DNA of 64,000 nt. Origin: an uncultured bacterium (GTDB lineage: Bacteria > Acidobacteriota > Thermoanaerobaculia > Multivoradales > JAHZIX01). The notes under the pieces are model-generated. The model searched no databases. It had not been told where the DNA came from and saw nothing but the letters and a program-made list of their open reading frames with translations. Within the stretch, counting starts at the first letter, position 1; each line of letters begins with the position of its first letter. The stretch lies in assembly GCA_965368975.1 (NCBI GenBank), contig CBDUPA010000004.1, positions 160,001 through 224,000 of the forward strand, written 5' to 3'. Position numbers and translations under genes: made by a program. Of the stretch, positions 60,706-64,000 are shown piece after piece.

Positions 60706-61803
60706 TTAGCCGCGCGCCGCGTGGCCGCGCGGGAAGCCGTACTGCAGACGCAGACGACGGAAGGCGGCCATGACGACTTCTTTGTCGGGGCCTTGGAGGC
60801 GGTCGCGCCAGGCGTAGAGGGTGCGGTAGCGGCGGGCGAGTTCGGGGAATTCGTCGGCCAGCCAGGGTAGGAATTGCTGGCGTGAGACGTTGTCGAGGAA
60901 GAGCGGAGCTCCGATCACGTCGGCGGCGCCAGCGTCGCGAGCGGCCTCGAAGAGGGGCTGCAGGTGGGCGTCGCTGTCGTTGATGCCAGGCAGGATGGGC
61001 ATCACGAAGACATTGACGTGGATGCCTTCGGCGGCCAGCTTCTCGATCGTGCGCAGGCGCGCGCGCGGGTCAGGTGCCTTGGGTTCCAGGCGCCGGGCGA
61101 GCAGGGGATTGACCGACGTCATGCTGACGTTGACGCTGATCGCTTGCTCGTGGTCCAGCTCGGTGAGCAGATCGAGGTCACGGGCGATCATCGGCGACTT
61201 GGTGGTGATGGCCAAGTTGAGGCCGGGGAAGTCGCGCAGCACCTCGAGCAGCGAGCGGGTGATCTGGTAATGGTGCTCGGCTGGCTGGTAAGGGTCGGTG
61301 GCGGTACCGATGGCAATGCGCTGGCCGCGCAGGTCGCTCTTCTTGAGCCGGCGGCGCAGGGACAGCGCGGCGCCCTGCTTGACGTAGATCTTGCTCTCGA
61401 AGTCTTGCCAGTCCGTGTCGCCGTTCTGCCGCTTGAAGGTATTGCTCTTGAAGAAGCTGTGCGTCGAGCGGGCATAGCAATACGGGCAACCGAATTCGCA
61501 GCCGCGATAGGGATTGATCGTCCAATCGAACGGCAGCATCGGGCTCTTGTTGCGATTGAGGATCTCGCGCACGCCGAGTTCGTGGTACTCGACGCCTGGT
61601 CGGCAGCGCAGAGCATCGGCGTCCGGGTCGGGGCGACCGACGGGACGCGGCATCGGCAGCAGCGGCAGCAAGGTTTGTTGGCCTAGTTGCGGCGCCGGTT
61701 GCGCAAGCGAAGGGGCCGGTTGTGCAAGCGAAGCTGCCTTGTGGATCAAATCGGTGGCGTGATCCAAGGTACGGGCGGCGGTTGCGGTCGGTTGGGTTGC
61801 CAT
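60706..61803 (-). CDS. Radical SAM protein, SplB/Rv2578c-like (DNA-repair associated)
   Basis: WTINPYRGCEFGCPYCYAR, FESKIYVK, GTATDPYQPAE, ITTKS..I.RDLD, LEP, PILPGIND. Confidence 0.9.
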   Translation of the reverse strand: MATQPTATAARTLDHATDLIHKAASLAQPAPSLAQPAPQLGQQTLLPLLPMPRPVGRPDPDADALRCRPGVEYHELGVREILNRNKSPMLPFDWTINPYRGCEFGCPYCYARSTHSFFKSNTFKRQNGDTDWQDFESKIYVKQGAALSLRRRLKKSDLRGQRIAIGTATDPYQPAEHHYQITRSLLEVLRDFPGLNLAITTKSPMIARDLDLLTELDHEQAISVNVSMTSVNPLLARRLEPKAPDPRARLRTIEKLAAEGIHVNVFVMPILPGINDSDAHLQPLFEAARDAGAADVIGAPLFLDNVSRQQFLPWLADEFPELARRYRTLYAWRDRLQGPDKEVVMAAFRRLRLQYGFPRGHAARG

Positions 61804-61812
61804 GTTACGCCC

Positions 61813-61842
61813 AGTTTACGCCTCGAGTATGGCGGAAGTCAA
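61813..61842 (-). promoter_or_regulatory. Sigma-70 promoter of the radical-SAM gene, overlapped by a direct repeat
   Basis: Minus strand TTGACT, 18-nt spacer, TAAACT, 9 nt, ATG; TTACGCC repeated at 61805-61811 and 61816-61822. Confidence 0.65.
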
Positions 61843-61907
61843 GCGGTAATTCTTGGAAGCCAGATTCTGGCTGCCGCGCTGCTCGCGTTCGTCGTATCAT
61901 CCGCACG

Positions 61908-62744
61908 ATGCCGGAACTACCCGAAGTCGAGACCGTGCGCCGCAGCCTGGAACCCCGCTTGTTGGGGGATCGCATCGAGCACGTGGAGGTGCGGTTTCCG
62001 ACGCTGCGCGAGCCTCTCGATGCTCACCGGCTGGACGCCGATGTGGCGGGCGGTGAGGTGGTCGCGCTCCGCCGGCGGGCCAAGTACTTGCTGATCGACT
62101 TTCACCACCCGGAGCGGGACGGCACGACGCTGGTGATCCACCTGGGAATGAGCGGCCGTCTGACGCTGGTGCCTGCAGAGGACGACCTCGAGCCCCACGA
62201 GCACGTTGCTTGGTACCTGGAGTCCGGCCGCCGCCTACGCCTGCGCGATCCGCGGCGTTTCGGCATGGCGTTCTCACTCCCTACCGAAGAGTTGGCAGCG
62301 GATCGGCACTTCGCACATCTGGGGGTCGAGCCGCTGGGGCCGGACTTCCACGGTGACCACTTGCGGACCGCGGCGCGCGGTCGTCGCGGACCGGTGAAGA
62401 CTTTCCTGATGGACGGTACGGTGGTGGTCGGGGTCGGCAACATCTATGCCGCAGAAGCGCTGTGGCGCGCGGGTGTGCACCCGAAGCGCTCGGTCGCCCG
62501 AGTCAGTGCCGACACCTGGGATCGGCTCGCCGACGCCTGCCGCGACGTGCTGGCGCAGGCGGTCGAGGAGGGCGGTACCACGCTCAACGACTTCACCGAC
62601 GCGGCGGGGCAGGCGGGTTACTTCCAGGTGTCGCTCGACGTCTACGGCCGCGCTGGCGAGCCGTGCAGCCGCTGCCGGCGCGCGGTGCGCCGCATCGTGC
62701 AGTCGAACCGCAGCACGTTCTACTGCCCGGGCTGTCAGCACTGA
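61908..62744 (+). CDS. mutM: Formamidopyrimidine-DNA glycosylase Fpg/MutM
   Basis: MPELPEVE, RRAKYL, HLGMSG, DPRRFG, GVGNIYA, C-terminal zinc finger CSRC...CPGCQ. Confidence 0.97.
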   Translation: MPELPEVETVRRSLEPRLLGDRIEHVEVRFPTLREPLDAHRLDADVAGGEVVALRRRAKYLLIDFHHPERDGTTLVIHLGMSGRLTLVPAEDDLEPHEHVAWYLESGRRLRLRDPRRFGMAFSLPTEELAADRHFAHLGVEPLGPDFHGDHLRTAARGRRGPVKTFLMDGTVVVGVGNIYAAEALWRAGVHPKRSVARVSADTWDRLADACRDVLAQAVEEGGTTLNDFTDAAGQAGYFQVSLDVYGRAGEPCSRCRRAVRRIVQSNRSTFYCPGCQH

Positions 62745-62759
62745 ACTAGAATGGTGCTC

Positions 62760-63401
62760 ATGGCGAGTCAGACGCAGGCGAAGGTGATGCAGCCGGTCGT
62801 GCTGGGAGTGGCGGGCGGCACAGGGTCGGGCAAGACGACGGTGGCCAAGCACATCCTGCGCGAGGTGGGGCGCGAGGGCATCGCCTTCCTGCCACAAGAC
62901 CACTACTACCGTGACCACGAGTGGACGTCGGACGAGGAGATCCGGCGCTACAACTTCGATCATCCGGACGCGCTGGACCAGGCGTTGTTGGTACATCACG
63001 TGCGCGAGCTGAAGGCTGGTCGAGCGGTCGAGGTGCCGTCCTACGACTTCACGACGCACCGGCGTTTGCGTGAGGCCGACCGCGTGGAACCGAAGCCGGT
63101 CATCCTGGTCGAGGGCATCTTGCTGTTCGCCGACCCGGAGCTGCGCGAGTTGCTCGACTTCAAGATCTTCGTCGATGCCGACGCGGATCTGCGGCTGATC
63201 CGCCGCTTGCGGCGCGACATCCACAAGCGCGGACGCGCCGCGGACGATGTGTTGCGTCAGTACGAGACCACCGTGCGACCGATGCACTTGGAGTTCGTCG
63301 AGCCGTCGAAGCGCTGGGCGGACGTGATCATCCCGCAGGGCGGAAAGAACAAGGTAGCGATGGACATGGTGGTGGCTCGCGTCGAGCAGTTGCTCGTGTA
63401 G
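62760..63401 (+). CDS. udk: Uridine kinase
   Basis: GVAGGTGSGKTT, QDHYY, NFDHPDA, VEGIL, RLIRRLRRD, VRPMHLEFVEPSKRWAD. Confidence 0.95.
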   Translation: MASQTQAKVMQPVVLGVAGGTGSGKTTVAKHILREVGREGIAFLPQDHYYRDHEWTSDEEIRRYNFDHPDALDQALLVHHVRELKAGRAVEVPSYDFTTHRRLREADRVEPKPVILVEGILLFADPELRELLDFKIFVDADADLRLIRRLRRDIHKRGRAADDVLRQYETTVRPMHLEFVEPSKRWADVIIPQGGKNKVAMDMVVARVEQLLV

Positions 63402-63437
63402 CCGAAAGGAGCAGTTGCTCGCGTAGACCAAGGGAGC
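63384..63437. repeat. 25-bp-period tandem duplication of the udk 3' end, each unit palindromic
   Basis: GAGCAGTTGCTCGTGTAG (63384-63401), GAGCAGTTGCTCGCGTAG (63409-63426), GAGC again at 63434. Confidence 0.75.
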
Positions 63438-63611
63438 GCGCCTCAAAATGTAGCCGACCTTTGGATAACAAAGCTCCGAGTCGGCCGTATTCCTCCTTAA
63501 GGGAGCTGCAGCCACCCAGTTACTCACCGTAGCTGCATCTCCCGATCCCCGATCGACGAAAGCTGCAACGGGACGCTCCCGCGGATGCGCCCGAGAGGAA
63601 GGAAGGATCCC

Positions 63612-64000
63612 ATGTCTTCAAGGTCTATATTCATGCAAGGACGCCGACTCGGCCTTGTCACTCGCTTGCTCGCCCTTACTCTCTGCCTGCTGCTGGCAGG
63701 CACTCAGATCGGCTGCTCCTTCGATACCAGCGAAGCGCGAGAGGCAGACAAGAAGGGCGACGACAAGGAGCGCGGCGAGACCGTGGTGCCGGTCGAGGTC
63801 GCGCCGCTCGAGCAGGGCTCGATCGAGGCAGTACTGCGTTACTCGACGAACCTCGAAGCCGAGCAAGAAGTGCAGGTCTTCGCCGAAGCGTCCCGGCGCG
63901 TCGTCGAATTGTTGGTGGAAGAAGGCGCCGAGGTACGTCGCGGTGATCTGCTGCTACGTCTGCAGGACGACGAGCAGCGCGCCAACCTGGCCAAGGTGCA
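63612..64000 (+). CDS. RND efflux periplasmic adaptor (lipoprotein), truncated by the window end
   Basis: My translation: MSSRSIFMQGRRLGLVTRLLALTLCLLLAGTQIGC...VPVEV...LEAEQEVQVFAE...VELLVEEGAEVRRGDLLLRL; GGAAGGA SD. Confidence 0.85.
   Translation, partial: MSSRSIFMQGRRLGLVTRLLALTLCLLLAGTQIGCSFDTSEAREADKKGDDKERGETVVPVEVAPLEQGSIEAVLRYSTNLEAEQEVQVFAEASRRVVELLVEEGAEVRRGDLLLRLQDDEQRANLAKV

Noticed and set aside
63384-63437. Palindromic repeats as a mini-CRISPR
   Set aside because: Spacers are only 7 nt and the first copy is udk coding sequence

Overview
High-GC chromosomal window of about 53 protein-coding genes, with no rRNA, tRNA, CRISPR array or intact mobile element. It is probably from an Acidobacteriota (Thermoanaerobaculia-like) organism; this is inferred from the C-terminal domain of the secreted protease and the overall gene set. 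Contents in order: a partial GT-C glycosyltransferase, a methyltransferase remnant with a 16-bp tandem repeat, nadQ-like regulator, mnmA, a Lys-C-like secreted protease, JAB peptidase + MoeZ, two paralogous beta-propeller lipoproteins, a 1017-aa unknown protein, and an ABC exporter with three membrane-fusion proteins. Then a D/E-rich small protein, polX, an NTP transferase, pduO, GT2, fdhD, a THUMP methyltransferase, DinB, a sulfatase-like protein, pilT-pilC-pilS-pilR, an ABC exporter and pgi. Then a TCA cluster (icd, mdh, PP2C phosphatase, sucCD, dead S51 peptidase, ndk), ybdK, a SAM-I riboswitch with metX-metB, a Cys/His/Met-rich uORF followed by cusCBA, nhaP, Uma2, a radical-SAM repair protein, mutM, udk and a partial RND adaptor. 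Top candidates for novelty: (1) a putative metal-sensing leader-peptide translational attenuator on cusCBA (leaderless Cys/His/Met uORF with an RPGP motif, and an anti-Shine-Dalgarno directly behind its stop codon that pairs with the cusC SD); (2) the 1017-aa unknown protein beside the triple-adaptor ABC exporter; (3) pervasive leaderless gene architecture; (4) the ultra-acidic protein behind polX. All assignments come from motif recognition by eye; no searches were run.
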